Origin: an uncultured delta proteobacterium | Lineage (GTDB): Bacteria; Desulfobacterota; Binatia; UBA9968 | Direction of reading: 5' to 3' | Assembly: GCA_963760795.1 (NCBI GenBank) | Contig: CAVXEP010000034.1 | Coordinates: 32,001 to 96,000 of the forward strand | DNA length: 64,000 nucleotides | Shown here: in pieces, positions 9,801 to 20,957 of the stretch | Layout: each line of letters opens with the position of its first letter | How positions within the stretch are numbered: the first letter of the stretch is position 1 | Position numbers and translations under genes: made by a program | Notes under the pieces: generated by a model | Told to the model about the DNA's origin: nothing | Databases searched by the model: none | The model's input: only the letters and a program-made list of their open reading frames with translations

Positions 9801-11865
9801 ATGGTAAAACAACAGCGTAGATCAACGGCTCACTTAACCATATTGCTGCTCGGAACGTGGCTTTCCTTACCAGCGTCAGTCGACGCGCAAAACGCACCCG
9901 GACTCAAAGCGGAGATTAAAGGGATAAAGCTCAGCGCCGACCGTCGGCTCGTAGTTACGTTGAAGCTTAGCGACGGCCAAGGAAAGTCGGTGGAGCTGAC
10001 TGAGCTTGAACGCAACAGCATCAAATTCACCCTCGCGTCGATCAAAGAAGAAAAAAACGGCGCGACCAGCTACCACAATTACATTCTCACCAAAGTGAGT
10101 GGCAAAGAGTACGTCTTCAATGGCGAAGACTAAAAAACCCGCGCTCGTCGAAACGCTTCAGCCTGACTACGATCAAGGCGGCACACTCAAACAAGTTCGC
10201 CCCGGCGTACTCACCTATAATTTCAAAACGCCTTTACCGGTGAACTATGACCGCAGCGCCACTCATGTCGTCGTCGGCGAGATTAGCCGTGAGAACGGTA
10301 AATTCGTCGCCAATCCAATTTTTGAATTCGTCCCTAGCGGTGCAAAAGTTAAAGTTCAACGCGCGGTCGTCGAGACCGCTAGCTGCAACACCTGCCATGA
10401 TCCGCTCAAAGCTCATGGCGGCACAGCGCCGCGACGTGGGCGCTTGTGCGCTTTGCCACACCTCACAGTTAACTGATCCGGAAAGCGGCGAGAGTCTCGA
10501 CTTCAAAGTTTTCGTCCATAAAATTCACCGCGGCAAACTCTTACCCAGCGTGATAGAGGGCAAGCCTTTCTTCACGATTTCGCTGAATCAGCGGGTCAGA
10601 GATTTTTCGAAGATTATAATACCCCCAGGCCATGCTTCGGACGGCAGCTATTAAGGAACTGAGAAACTGCCAGGCCTGCCACGCCAACCCACAGAAAGAT
10701 TACTGGAAAACCAGTTGCCGAGTCGATCGCCGTCTGTACGTCCTGTCACAACAATGTCGATCTCGTCACCGGCAAAAATCATTCCACCAGACTCGGCGCC
10801 TTGCCCGACGGTACCTGCGTCGGTTGCCACCAACCTGAAGGCCCGGAGTTCGGACCGTCGGTGGTGGGGGCGCACACCGCTCCGGGGTTCTCCGCGCAAC
10901 TACCCGGCTTGGTCTTCGAGATTTGAAGATCGATGGCGGCAAGCCCGGCGAGAACCCAACCGTGGCGACCTTCAGCATAAGGACCAAAAAGGGCGAACCA
11001 TTGGATGCCGGCAAGATGGAGCAATCTGAGATTGGTCGTCGCATGGCCAACGTCAGACTATAAAGTCGATGTCGATGAAGACGTGCGGAAGGCTCGAACC
11101 CGCGGGCAACGGAGTTCACACATACAAATTCCTTTACATGATTCCTCCCGACGCCTCCGGTTCCGGCGCCATCGGTATTCAAGGGGTTCGGCGAATACGA
11201 TTTGCGGAAGTCCAACGGCGACGTCGATCAAGGGGCAGCGGGACGTCGGGGACAACATGGTTCGATATTTCCCGATCACCGACAAGGACGCCGAGCCGCG
11301 TCGACAAGCGGTCAAGGTAGAAAACTGCAATGTCTGCCACCTGAAGCTAGCGACCCACGGCGAAGCGCGGCGCAAGACAGAGTACTGCGTCATGTGCCAC
11401 AACGCAGCGCAGACGGACCAAGACAAGCGCAAAGTCGCCAACGGGCCGATGCCGCCGGAAAACGATTCACTACAAACGGCTGATTCATCGGATTCACACC
11501 GGCGCGGCGGCGGACGAGTCCTTAATCATCTATGGCGGCCCCCCGGTCAAACCCGGTCCCGATCGAAATGGGCGATGTCCGTTTTCCCGGCGACCTGCGC
11601 AATTGCGTCAAATGCCATGTGCCGGGTGCCAACCAGCCACCTTTACCGGTTGGCCTGTTACCAACTTTGATTCCGCAAACAGATGGCGGCGTCAAAGCGA
11701 TCCAACCGATCACTAGCGCCTGCATTTCGTGTCACACCAAAGAGCCGGCGAAAGATTCACATGGACACTATGACGACGACAAACGGCCAAGAAGCCTGCG
11801 TGGTGTGCCATGGCAGCGGTAGAGAGTTTGCCGTTGATAAGGTGCACCGCAAGGGCAGGGAGTGA
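9801..11865 (+). CDS. OmcA/MtrC family decaheme c-type cytochrome (split by about ten indels)
   Basis: Ten CxxCH motifs across frames (CNTCH, CALCH, CQACH, CTSCH, CVGCH, CNVCH, CVMCH, CVKCH, CISCH, CVVCH); FKVFVHKIH / YKRLIHRIH; signal peptide; GGGAGG RBS. Confidence 0.88.
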
Positions 11866-11949
11866 AGCATTGAGAATGGAGAATAGCGAGGTGAGTTTGA
11901 TCGGCAAAGCTTACGCTGATGGTAAGCGCCGGCCACGGATTAAGGATTT

Positions 11950-12717
11950 CTAGAACGCGTCTTTCATTTTTCGCACCGCGGCGAAAATCGATACCGGGTC
12001 GGCGCGGTTGCCGGAAGCGGCGGCTTTCACGCTGGCTTGGATCTCTTTGCTATCCCAGCGCAAAAACGGATTGGTCAGCTTTTCCTCTTCCATGGTCGAC
12101 GGCACCGTCGACGTGCCGCGCGCGCGCAGTCCTTGGACGCGCTCGTAACGCGCCGCCACCTTTGGATTGTTCCCCTCCACCGTCATGGCGAAGCGCAGAT
12201 TGCTTTCGGTATATTCATGGCCGCAATACACTTGGGTGTTGTCGGGGAGCGACATGAGTTTTATCAGGGAGCTGTGCATCTGCTCAGGAGTGCCTTCGAA
12301 GAGCCGGCCGCAACCCGCGGTGAACAGGGTGTCGCCGCAAAATAGATTATTTTCAAAAAGATAGGCGACATGACCGGTGGTGTGGCCGGGGATGAAGAAA
12401 ACGCTTCCCTTGAGCTCGCCGATCTGGATCGTGGCGCCTTCGTCGACGCCGTCGCTCATGCCATAAATTCGCTCCTGATCGCTTTTGTGGCCGTAAACTT
12501 TTAGCTTGTGGATCGCCAGCAGGCCTTGGTTGCCGCCAGTGTGGTCGCGATGATGGTGCGTGTTCAGGATCGCCACCGGCTCAACTCGTTCTTGTTCGAT
12601 GCGGCGCAAAACCGGGTCGGCTTCCGACGGGTCGACGATGGCGGCTTGCTTGGTTTTCTCACAGACGACTAGATAGCCGTAGTTGTCACGCAGAAGCGGA
12701 ATTTGATGTATCTTCAT
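11950..12717 (-). CDS. gloB: Hydroxyacylglutathione hydrolase (glyoxalase II)
   Basis: THHHRDHTGGN, PGHTTGH, GDTLFTAGCGR, CGHEYT, NPFLR. Confidence 0.95.
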   Translation of the reverse strand: MKIHQIPLLRDNYGYLVVCEKTKQAAIVDPSEADPVLRRIEQERVEPVAILNTHHHRDHTGGNQGLLAIHKLKVYGHKSDQERIYGMSDGVDEGATIQIGELKGSVFFIPGHTTGHVAYLFENNLFCGDTLFTAGCGRLFEGTPEQMHSSLIKLMSLPDNTQVYCGHEYTESNLRFAMTVEGNNPKVAARYERVQGLRARGTSTVPSTMEEEKLTNPFLRWDSKEIQASVKAAASGNRADPVSIFAAVRKMKDAF

Positions 12718-12963
12718 TAGTTTTCCTAAAAAGTGAGCACGAGCGGGGAAGGCTTTTTTATAAGGTTTAGTCGGAATTTGAGCTCTTTTCAAACCCCCTG
12801 TGTCCTCTTGTCTTTGTCCGGCGCTAATCGAGCCCAGATCGACACAAATGTTTCGTCAAAGTAACTGATGTTCAAAATAGTCTGATCCGAACCACTCTGG
12901 TTTGCTCAAGTCGTTTCCAATCTCGCTAACCCGTTGAATTATAACGGCTGACAATCGCTCCGG

Positions 12964-12980
12964 CTGGCATATGTTTCGCT
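12964..12980 (+). promoter_or_regulatory. Putative sigma-54 (-24/-12) promoter
   Basis: CTGGCATATGTTTCGCT with GG-N10-GC spacing; IHF-like site just upstream. Confidence 0.55.
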
Positions 12981-13120
12981 TTTATAGCGAACCTGGATCA
13001 TTCCGAGCAGTTGCTCTGATTGAGCGCTTTGTGGGCGGGTGTTGCCAACTCTCTGGGCAAACCACAACCAGGACCGATAAATAGTTTTGTCCAGTTACCC
13101 AATGGAAGGGATGTTCAACT

Positions 13121-13579
13121 ATGAATGTTGCAGCTTCACCAAAGGTCATCGAGGTCTTGTTGGTTGAGGATAATATCGGCGACGTGCGGCTTACTCAGGA
13201 GGCACTTAAAGAGGGCCGTTTGCTGGTGAATCTCACGGTCGCCAGAGACGGCATCGAAGCGATGGATGTATTGCAACAAAAAAACTCTTATGCCGGCGCG
13301 ATCCGCCCTGATCTGGTCTTGCTCGATCTCAATCTGCCGCGCAAAGACGGCCGCGAAGTGCTGCGGGAAATAAAAGCCGATCCCGCGCTCAAAACCATTC
13401 CCGTAGTCATTCTCACCACTTCCGAGGCGGAGGCCGATATCAGGGTCACTTACGGCGCCCATGCGAATTGTTACATCACTAAACCCGTCGACATGGACCG
13501 TTTTTTCGAGATCGTCAAGATGCTCGAAGAGTTTTGGTTCACGATCGTCAAATTACCCGATCATGAGCGCGCCTTGTGA
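13121..13579 (+). CDS. Single-domain response regulator (Rcp1-like)
   Basis: LLVEDN, LLDLNLPRKDG, LTTS, ANCYITKP. Confidence 0.93.
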   Translation: MNVAASPKVIEVLLVEDNIGDVRLTQEALKEGRLLVNLTVARDGIEAMDVLQQKNSYAGAIRPDLVLLDLNLPRKDGREVLREIKADPALKTIPVVILTTSEAEADIRVTYGAHANCYITKPVDMDRFFEIVKMLEEFWFTIVKLPDHERAL

Positions 13580-13692
13580 TGAGCGCTCTACGTTATTGCA
13601 CGGATACGATGCCGAGCATCGACGCTCACTTACACGCTTTCGAAACTCTTCGGCGAATCCGATTCCGCGTATTGGAAAGATAGGGGTTGAAA

Positions 13693-15778
13693 ATGGACGA
13701 TAGGTTGTCAACACCGGTTTCTCTTGCCGCACGCATCAGGAGTCTCTCGAGTTTCCTACCATCAGGCGGTTCGCTGCCGGAGGAGGTGTGGTCCGCGCGC
13801 CATCGTTTTCTTGTCGGGCTTACTTGGCTTCATGCTTTGGTGATTGCTCTCATTGGACCGATTTTTGGGTATAGCTGGGAGCTTAGCATTGGCGCCATTT
13901 TTCAGGATGACACGGTGCTCCACACCGTTGGAGAGGGGCTGATCGTGGCCCTCTTTGCCCTCCTGGGAGGTTGGCGCGTGGGTAGCCGGAAGCTTAGGGC
14001 GACTCTCGTCGGCTTTGGTTTGATGAGTTCGTCGGCGATATTCGTGCATCTCTCGGGTGGCTACATCGAGTTCCACTTTCATTTCTTCGTCATGCTAGTC
14101 TTCATCGCGCTTTACCAAGACTGGGTTCCTTACCTGCTCTCGGTCGTCTATGTAGCCCTCCATCACGGCGTGGTGGGAGTCCTGTGGCCTGAAGGAGTGT
14201 ATAACCACCCCGCGGCTATAAATGCCCCTTGGACTTGGGCCGGGATCCACGCATTTTTTGTGCTCTGGTCTTGCGTTGGCAGCGCTATCGCCTGGCGCTT
14301 CAATGAGATCGCCTTCGCACGGACTAAGCTGATTCTCGACTGTGCTGGAGAAGGCATCTTCGGTTTGGACCAGGAAGGGAAGGTCACCTTCATCAACCCG
14401 GCAGCGGAAAGTATGCTCCGCCTCGGTCCGAGCGCCAGCATCGGCAAACACCTGGGCCAGATCCTTCGGCACAACAGCGCTGATAGCGCCGACATTGCGG
14501 CGGAAGCGGACCCGATTCTGGCGCCGCTCAGAGATGGAAATTCTCGTACCAGCAGCGACGAGTTCTTTTGGCGCAATGATGGCACATAGCTTCCCGGTCG
14601 ATTACACCAGCACCGCTATGATCGAACGCGAGGAGCTGACCGGCGTGGTGACAACCTTTAGAGATGTCACCGAGCGCCATCGTAGGGAGCGGGACCTGCA
14701 ATTTAGCGAGGCGAAATTTCGCGCTTTGGCTGAGACCGCAAACGACGCGATCATTTCCGCCGACGGTGAGGGAAACATCATCTATTTCAACAAAGCGGCC
14801 GAACGGGCATTCGGGTATACGGAGACCGACGTTGCCGGAAAGCCGATAACTCTGCTGATGCCGAGGCGGTCTCAGGAGGCGTGCCGGCACGGGCTCAAAC
14901 GGTTTCTCTCTTCAGGCAAGTCCAGCGTGATCGGCAAGACCGTGGATTTGACCGCAATGCGAAAGGATGGAAGTGAGTTTGCCATCGAGATGTCGCTCGC
15001 GAGCTGGAAAGCAAATCGGCAAACGTTCTTTACATCAATTATCCGCGACGTTACGGAGCGCAAACAAGCGCAGGATGCCTTGACCAAGAAAGCAGCGGAG
15101 CTGGCGTTCTCAAACAAAGAGCTAGAGCAGTTTGCCTATGTGGCCTCCCATGATCTTCAGGAGCCGCTCAGGATGGTGGCGAGCTACACCACACTCTTAG
15201 CGAAACGCTACAAAGGAAAGCTCGACACGGATGCCGACGAATTCATCGGCTTCGCGGTGGATGGCGCCAAACGGATGCAAGGATTGATTCAGGACCTGCT
15301 CGCCTATTCGCGCGTCGGAACGAGAGGAAAGGATCTGGCACCGACGGATTGCGAAGCTGTTTTAGCCAATAGTTTGCAGGTTCTTCAGTTTGCGATTCAA
15401 GATGCATCTGCGACAGTCACCCATGATAAATTGCCCACCATGGTGGCTGATGAAACGCAACTCGGCCAATTGTTCCAAAACCTAATCGGCAACGCACTCA
15501 AATATCGTAATAGCAAGGCGCCGGTGATTCATTTCGGCGCCCGGCGCGACCGCGAGTCGTGGATTTTCTCGGTGCATGACAACGGTATCGGCATCGACTT
15601 GCAATACGCCGAGAGAATTTTTGTTATCTTTCAGCGTCTGCACACTCGAGAAGAATATCCCGGCACCGGTATCGGTTTAGCAGTGTGTAAGAAAATCGTC
15701 GAGCGCCATGGCGGCAAGATTTGGCTCGATTCGGAGTTGGGCAAGGGATCGACATTTTATTTTTCAATTCCGATGTAA
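13693..15778 (+). CDS. Membrane-bound PAS-PAS sensor histidine kinase (one frameshift near 14587)
   Basis: His-rich TM region, two PAS domains, SHDLQEPLR H-box, NLIGNALKY, DNGIG, GTGIGL. Confidence 0.88.
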
Positions 15779-15793
15779 TGGAGACATTGCAGC

Positions 15794-17449
15794 ATGGAAT
15801 CAGCCAAGAAAGTGCTATTAGTCGAAGACAACCCGGGCGACGCGCGCCTGCTCAAAGAAGCATTGATCGAGGTTCAACCGGCGCCGTTTGCTTTGGTCCA
15901 TGTCGACCGGTTCATCGCCGCCATCGAGTCGCTCAAACGCGAAACCTTTAGCGCGGTGTTGTTGGATCTCAGCTTACCCGACGCCAAGGGCCTGGACACG
16001 ATGGTGCGCATGCAGCGCGAAGCCGATGCCGTGCCGATCGTCGTGCTCACCGGCTTGGATGACGATTCGACGGCTTTGGAGGCCATGCGCGCCGGTGCTC
16101 AGGATTACCTGATCAAAGGGGAGATCGACGGCAAGCTACTGGTGCGCTCCTTGAGCTACGCGATAGAACGCAAACGGCTTCAGGAGACCACCGTGAAGCA
16201 GCTCAACCATATCGTCGTTCTCAAAGACATCAACGCCGCGCTGACCTCGACATTGGAGCTGTCTGAAGTCTTGGACACACTGCTGGAAAAGGTCACGGGT
16301 GTCATGCCGCAAGTCGCCGCCACGATTCGTTTGCGCGACAAAGAAAGCGGGCTATTGGAGCCGGTGGCCTGCCGCAATATCGACGAACCCGCATGGAGAG
16401 CCGCGATGCTACGCTGGCAGAGTAGCGGTATCATGTCCGACGCCGAGATGGCGCAGAAAGGCTTGCTGCTGATTAACGATCTAGCCAATGATCCGAGGAC
16501 GGGCGATCCTGAATTCTGCCGGTTGCACGGTTTCACCGCCTACCTCAGCATTCCCTTCATGGTCAATGACCAAATGCTGGGATTGCTCGCTCTTTATGCC
16601 AGGGAGCAGTGCCCTTTTAGCGACGATGAGTTCCAGTTTCTCAGCGCGCTTGCCGGTCAGGCGTCCGTGGCAATCCACAATTCGCAGGCGCACGGCGAGA
16701 TCATCAAGCTCGCCAAGGATCTGGAGCGCGCCAATCACGTTAAAGACGAGTTTTTGGGCGTTATGTCGCATGAGTTGCGCACGCCGCTCAATGTTGCCCG
16801 CGGTTACTTGGAGATGTTGCAGAGCGGTTTCTTCGGCGAGGTTTGCGCCGAACAGCGTGGGCCGCTCGACAAGATCGCCGCCCAACATCGCGTGCAGCTG
16901 GGCATGGTCAATAACATCCTGAATGCAATTGCTATGGAGTCGGAAGTCGCCGCGGCGCATTATGAACTGGTCGTGCTCAGCGATTTTTTCGGTGAATTAC
17001 AAAACGTTTATCCCCAGCCATTGGACGGCAAAGTGGAATTTTGCTGGGATTGCCCGCACGACCTGCCGATGGTCAAAAGCGATAAGACCAAACTCCAGTA
17101 CATCATGCAGAATCTTATCAATAACGCCATCAAGTTCACGCCGGAAGGTTCGATCACGGTTTCGGCCAAAGTCGAGGGGCTCGATGGCCTCGCCGCGCCG
17201 CCGGCGGCGAAGTGCAACTTGGTGATGTCGGTGACCGATACCGGTGCCGGCATCGCCGACGAGTTTCAGTCGGTGATTTTTGAGAAGTTTAGCCAGGTCG
17301 ACAGTTCGAATACTCGGGTGCATGACGGTATCGGTTTGGGTCTGCATATCGTCAAGCGCTGTACGGCGTTGTTGCAAGGAAAGATCAAAGTCGAAAGCGA
17401 GCTCGGCAAAGGCACGGTTTTTACGGTGTGTGTGCCCTGTGAGGTTTGA
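15794..17449 (+). CDS. Hybrid receiver-GAF-histidine kinase
   Basis: N-terminal REC, GAF, SHELRTPL, NLINNAIKFT, GIGLGL. Confidence 0.92.
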   Translation: MESAKKVLLVEDNPGDARLLKEALIEVQPAPFALVHVDRFIAAIESLKRETFSAVLLDLSLPDAKGLDTMVRMQREADAVPIVVLTGLDDDSTALEAMRAGAQDYLIKGEIDGKLLVRSLSYAIERKRLQETTVKQLNHIVVLKDINAALTSTLELSEVLDTLLEKVTGVMPQVAATIRLRDKESGLLEPVACRNIDEPAWRAAMLRWQSSGIMSDAEMAQKGLLLINDLANDPRTGDPEFCRLHGFTAYLSIPFMVNDQMLGLLALYAREQCPFSDDEFQFLSALAGQASVAIHNSQAHGEIIKLAKDLERANHVKDEFLGVMSHELRTPLNVARGYLEMLQSGFFGEVCAEQRGPLDKIAAQHRVQLGMVNNILNAIAMESEVAAAHYELVVLSDFFGELQNVYPQPLDGKVEFCWDCPHDLPMVKSDKTKLQYIMQNLINNAIKFTPEGSITVSAKVEGLDGLAAPPAAKCNLVMSVTDTGAGIADEFQSVIFEKFSQVDSSNTRVHDGIGLGLHIVKRCTALLQGKIKVESELGKGTVFTVCVPCEV

Positions 17450-17487
17450 GGCAAGAATGACGGACAGGATCGCAATGGGAACACGTG

Positions 17488-17644
17488 ATGCAACGGATTA
17501 TCAAGGACGCGCTGCCGCAACCGGCGAGGCGCGTCGGCATCAGCCAGCCAGGTTGGCAAAGGCTTGACCTTCCGCATCAGATTTCCCTGCGCCCTCATGA
17601 CGGAATACCCAGGCGCCAAGAGCTCGACTGACAAATCCACTTGA
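17488..17644 (+). pseudogene. Relic of a histidine-kinase ATPase C-terminus
   Basis: Reads IIK...RVGIS/SQVGKGLTFRIRFP across a frameshift; no upstream gene body. Confidence 0.4.
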
Positions 17645-17679
17645 CCCCGCGCGCTTAGGTTCTCTATAGTGCCGGCATT

Positions 17680-18858
17680 ATGATACGCGCCGGAGTCGGA
17701 CAATCGAGTAACTCTTCTACTGCACAAGCGGTTAGCGAAGCGGCCCAGCAAGCGATGGCGCAGGCGGGCATCGGCCGGGCCGACGGTGGAATAATATTTT
17801 TCACCGCCGATCACGCGGCTCATGGCCAAGAACTTGTCGCCACCCTTGCGCGGGTCATCGACACCGATTGCGTCACGGGATCGAGCGGCGCCGGAGTCTT
17901 GACCGGCGCCGGCGAGATCGAAGGCGACCATGGCGTTGCCGTGATGGTGTTTGCCACCGATCGTTTTTTTGCCCGGCCATTTATCTTCGAACCGCTGCGC
18001 GGCAATGAAGCGAAGCTAGGCGAAACCTTTGGCGGCTTTCTCGCCAAGGCGCAGGATGAAAAATCGCTGATGCTGCTGTTTCCCGACACCTACAACGGTA
18101 ACGCGCAAGAACTTTTGCAGGCGATCGAGGCACGCGCCGGGTTTCATCCAATCGCCGGCGCCGGCGCTTCTGAGAACGGCGCAGCTGGGGCAACCTATCA
18201 GCTATGCGGCGACAAGCTTGGCACCAATGCGCTAGCCGGTATGTATATTTCCGGCGCCCTCGAGACCCACATCGACATCACTCAAGGCTGCCAGCCGATC
18301 ACCCAGCCGATGACCATCACCAAGGCGAAAAACAATTTGATCCTTGAGATCGACAATCAGCCGGCGTTGGCCGTGTTCGCCAAGCTGCTCAAGGGGCCGT
18401 TGGCCGAAGATCTGCGGCGCGCGTTGACGGTCATATTCGTCGGCTTGCCGGCGGATCGCAGCGAAAACAGCGTTGCCCCGGGAAAATATCTGGTGCGAAA
18501 TATTATCGGCTTGGATCCGGACGCGGGCATCGTCGCGGTGGCCGACCAAGTGAGTGAAGGACAGTCGATGATTTTCACCATGCGCGACGGCCAGCGCGCC
18601 CGCGACGACTTGCAAGAGATGTTACAGCGCCAATCAGCGCGCTTGAACGGCAAAAAGCCCGCCTTCGGTTGCTACTTCAACTGCTGTGCCCGCGGCAGCT
18701 CGCTGTACGGCATCTCCGGCATCGACGCCGCTTACATCAAACAGGTGTTAGGCGACTTCCCGTTGATCGGCATGTTCGGTGGTTACGAGCTTGCGCCGCT
18801 AGGGCGGGCCAATCACCTATTCGCTTACACTGGGGTGCTCGTTTTGGTGACGGAATAA
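17680..18858 (+). CDS. FIST N/C domain signal-transduction protein
   Basis: GSSGAGV..EIE, TQGCQPI, LVRNIIG, FNCCARG, GMFGGYE. Confidence 0.9.
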   Translation: MIRAGVGQSSNSSTAQAVSEAAQQAMAQAGIGRADGGIIFFTADHAAHGQELVATLARVIDTDCVTGSSGAGVLTGAGEIEGDHGVAVMVFATDRFFARPFIFEPLRGNEAKLGETFGGFLAKAQDEKSLMLLFPDTYNGNAQELLQAIEARAGFHPIAGAGASENGAAGATYQLCGDKLGTNALAGMYISGALETHIDITQGCQPITQPMTITKAKNNLILEIDNQPALAVFAKLLKGPLAEDLRRALTVIFVGLPADRSENSVAPGKYLVRNIIGLDPDAGIVAVADQVSEGQSMIFTMRDGQRARDDLQEMLQRQSARLNGKKPAFGCYFNCCARGSSLYGISGIDAAYIKQVLGDFPLIGMFGGYELAPLGRANHLFAYTGVLVLVTE

Positions 18859-18983
18859 TGACTCCGTTCAAGGTTCAAGCGTTCAAGGTTCAATGACAGA
18901 GGGGCTGCGATTGCAGCTCTCAACTCGTTAGCGGTTTGGAATTTGCTGTCTGAAATTTGCGATTCGATAATCGCGCTTCGCGA

Positions 18984-20810
18984 TTACCGGCCGACGCGCT
19001 TTTTCTTGTTGTTGAGATAATCGACCATGATGTAGTTGCCCATCTGGTCGGGCGTCGTGTAGAAGACCCGTCCGATGTTCAAGCGCGATAGCTGGTCGAC
19101 GAATCCCTGGCGGTAGTAATCGGCGCCGAGCATGAAGGTGTTGATCTTGATGCCGCTCTGGGTGCAGCGTTTCACTTCTTTCAAGGTTTCGTGCACGATC
19201 CGGCCGTGCAGCATCGCCGAGCCCCAGCCGCTATGCAGCCGGCCACCGCGGTCGAGGGTTGCCGCTGTCGGCTCGCCGTCGGTGATCAATATTATCTGCC
19301 GGTTGGCGCTGCGATTCGATCCCAACAGCTGGCGCGCGTAGCGCAAGGCTTCTTTGATATCCGTGCCATGCTCCATGAAGTAGGTGAGCGAAACGATGGA
19401 CGGCAGATCTTCGGCTTGAATCAACTTGGCATTGGAACGAAATGCCACCAGGTGGAGCGTGTCCTGGGGATATTTCGTCTGGATCAGGCGATGCAGCGCC
19501 AGGGCGACTTTCTTGCCAGCGTGGAGCGCGTCGTTCATCAGCATCGAGTAGCTCACGTCGATCAACAAAGCGGTCTCGGCGACAGTCGAATACTCGACCC
19601 GGTGCACTGAGAAATCTTCCGGGTGAATTCTCAGCGGCTCGCCTTGCTTGCGTCTCTCTAACGCGTTGAGCACCGTCTCGCTGATATTGATGTTCATCGG
19701 GTCGCCATACTCGTAGAGCTTGGTTTCTTCCATGTGCTCGCCCTGGGAGCCGCGCGCGGAAGTGTCATGATTGCCCCAGCGGCTTTTGTTGAGCATCTGA
19801 AAGATTTCGCGGAGCGCCTTATCGCCGATCTTACGCATGCCTTTGGCGGTCAGCTTTAGGCCGTGGCTGCCGCGAACGATAAAGCCTTCCTCTTCGAGCA
19901 TCTGCTCGACATTCTGCAAATATTTTAGATTCTCGTAAGCTTCTTCGCCGAGGATCTCGCGCAGCTCGTCTAGATTCAAATCCGATGGATCGCCCATGCC
20001 GCGCTGGCCCCAGCGCAGAAAGCGTTCCAGGCCGCGCAACTGGCTCAACACCTGCCCGGCCTCGCCCATGCCCATGCGCTGGGAGCCCTGGAACGGGAAC
20101 TGGTTCATCAACTGTTCCAACTGCTGCATCTGATTCATCATGTCGCTCATCTGCTGCAGCTGTTCCTCGGTCATGTTGCTCATGTTTTCCAACATGCTTT
20201 CGAGGTTGTTGATGGCGTTGTCCATCATGCTCGGCAAGTTTTTGAGGAAGTCCTCGTTGTTCAATAGCTCGCTCATGCGGTCGAGCATGTCCATCAGCGA
20301 CTGCGGGTTCTGCTCGCCGCTCATGTTCGGCTTGCCTTGCATGCCGCGTTCTTGGATCTGCTGCTTCAAGCGTTGCTGCAGCTCCTGGTAGCGCTGGTAG
20401 GCCTCCGACATTTTCTGACCGAGTTCGTCCATGCGGTCGGCGAACTTGCCGGACATGCGCTCCATGAAGTTGCGCATCTGCTCATTGTAGGCTTCCATCT
20501 TGTCGGCGAGGTTGCCAAGCTTTTCACTGAGCTTTTGCTGCTCTTCAGGGGTCAGTTTGAAAGAGTCGGGGGAGTATTTATTGAGCAGCTCGCGGCGCTT
20601 CTCATCGGCCTGGCGCAGGAAATCGCGCATGCCTTTGACCGAGCGCTGGCCGTCTTCGGAGGTAAAGCCCCGCCGCATCATGTCGCGCAAGGCGCGGCGC
20701 ACGCCCTCTTCCTCTAGCAGATGGTCGGAGAGCTGGTTGATGATGTCGTCGGTAGTGGGAAAGAGAATTTCCTGCGTGCCATCCCACTGGGTGTAACGAT
20801 GGATTCTCAT
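18984..20810 (-). CDS. VWA domain protein with long coiled coil
   Basis: DVSYSM MIDAS motif, ITDGEPTA, LTAKGMRKIG. Confidence 0.88.
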   Translation of the reverse strand: MRIHRYTQWDGTQEILFPTTDDIINQLSDHLLEEEGVRRALRDMMRRGFTSEDGQRSVKGMRDFLRQADEKRRELLNKYSPDSFKLTPEEQQKLSEKLGNLADKMEAYNEQMRNFMERMSGKFADRMDELGQKMSEAYQRYQELQQRLKQQIQERGMQGKPNMSGEQNPQSLMDMLDRMSELLNNEDFLKNLPSMMDNAINNLESMLENMSNMTEEQLQQMSDMMNQMQQLEQLMNQFPFQGSQRMGMGEAGQVLSQLRGLERFLRWGQRGMGDPSDLNLDELREILGEEAYENLKYLQNVEQMLEEEGFIVRGSHGLKLTAKGMRKIGDKALREIFQMLNKSRWGNHDTSARGSQGEHMEETKLYEYGDPMNINISETVLNALERRKQGEPLRIHPEDFSVHRVEYSTVAETALLIDVSYSMLMNDALHAGKKVALALHRLIQTKYPQDTLHLVAFRSNAKLIQAEDLPSIVSLTYFMEHGTDIKEALRYARQLLGSNRSANRQIILITDGEPTAATLDRGGRLHSGWGSAMLHGRIVHETLKEVKRCTQSGIKINTFMLGADYYRQGFVDQLSRLNIGRVFYTTPDQMGNYIMVDYLNNKKKRVGR

Positions 20811-20957
20811 TTGCGTTGGACTATAGCGCAGTTCCTGCTCGTTTCAAACCCAAAATATTGCCGTCGCCTTGGACCCCGAGGAGGCCGCGAAAACTCCGAC
20901 CTAACCCTTTGGAAATGGCGCGGACTTCGTATAGAAATTAGAGAGCGATCAATTACC

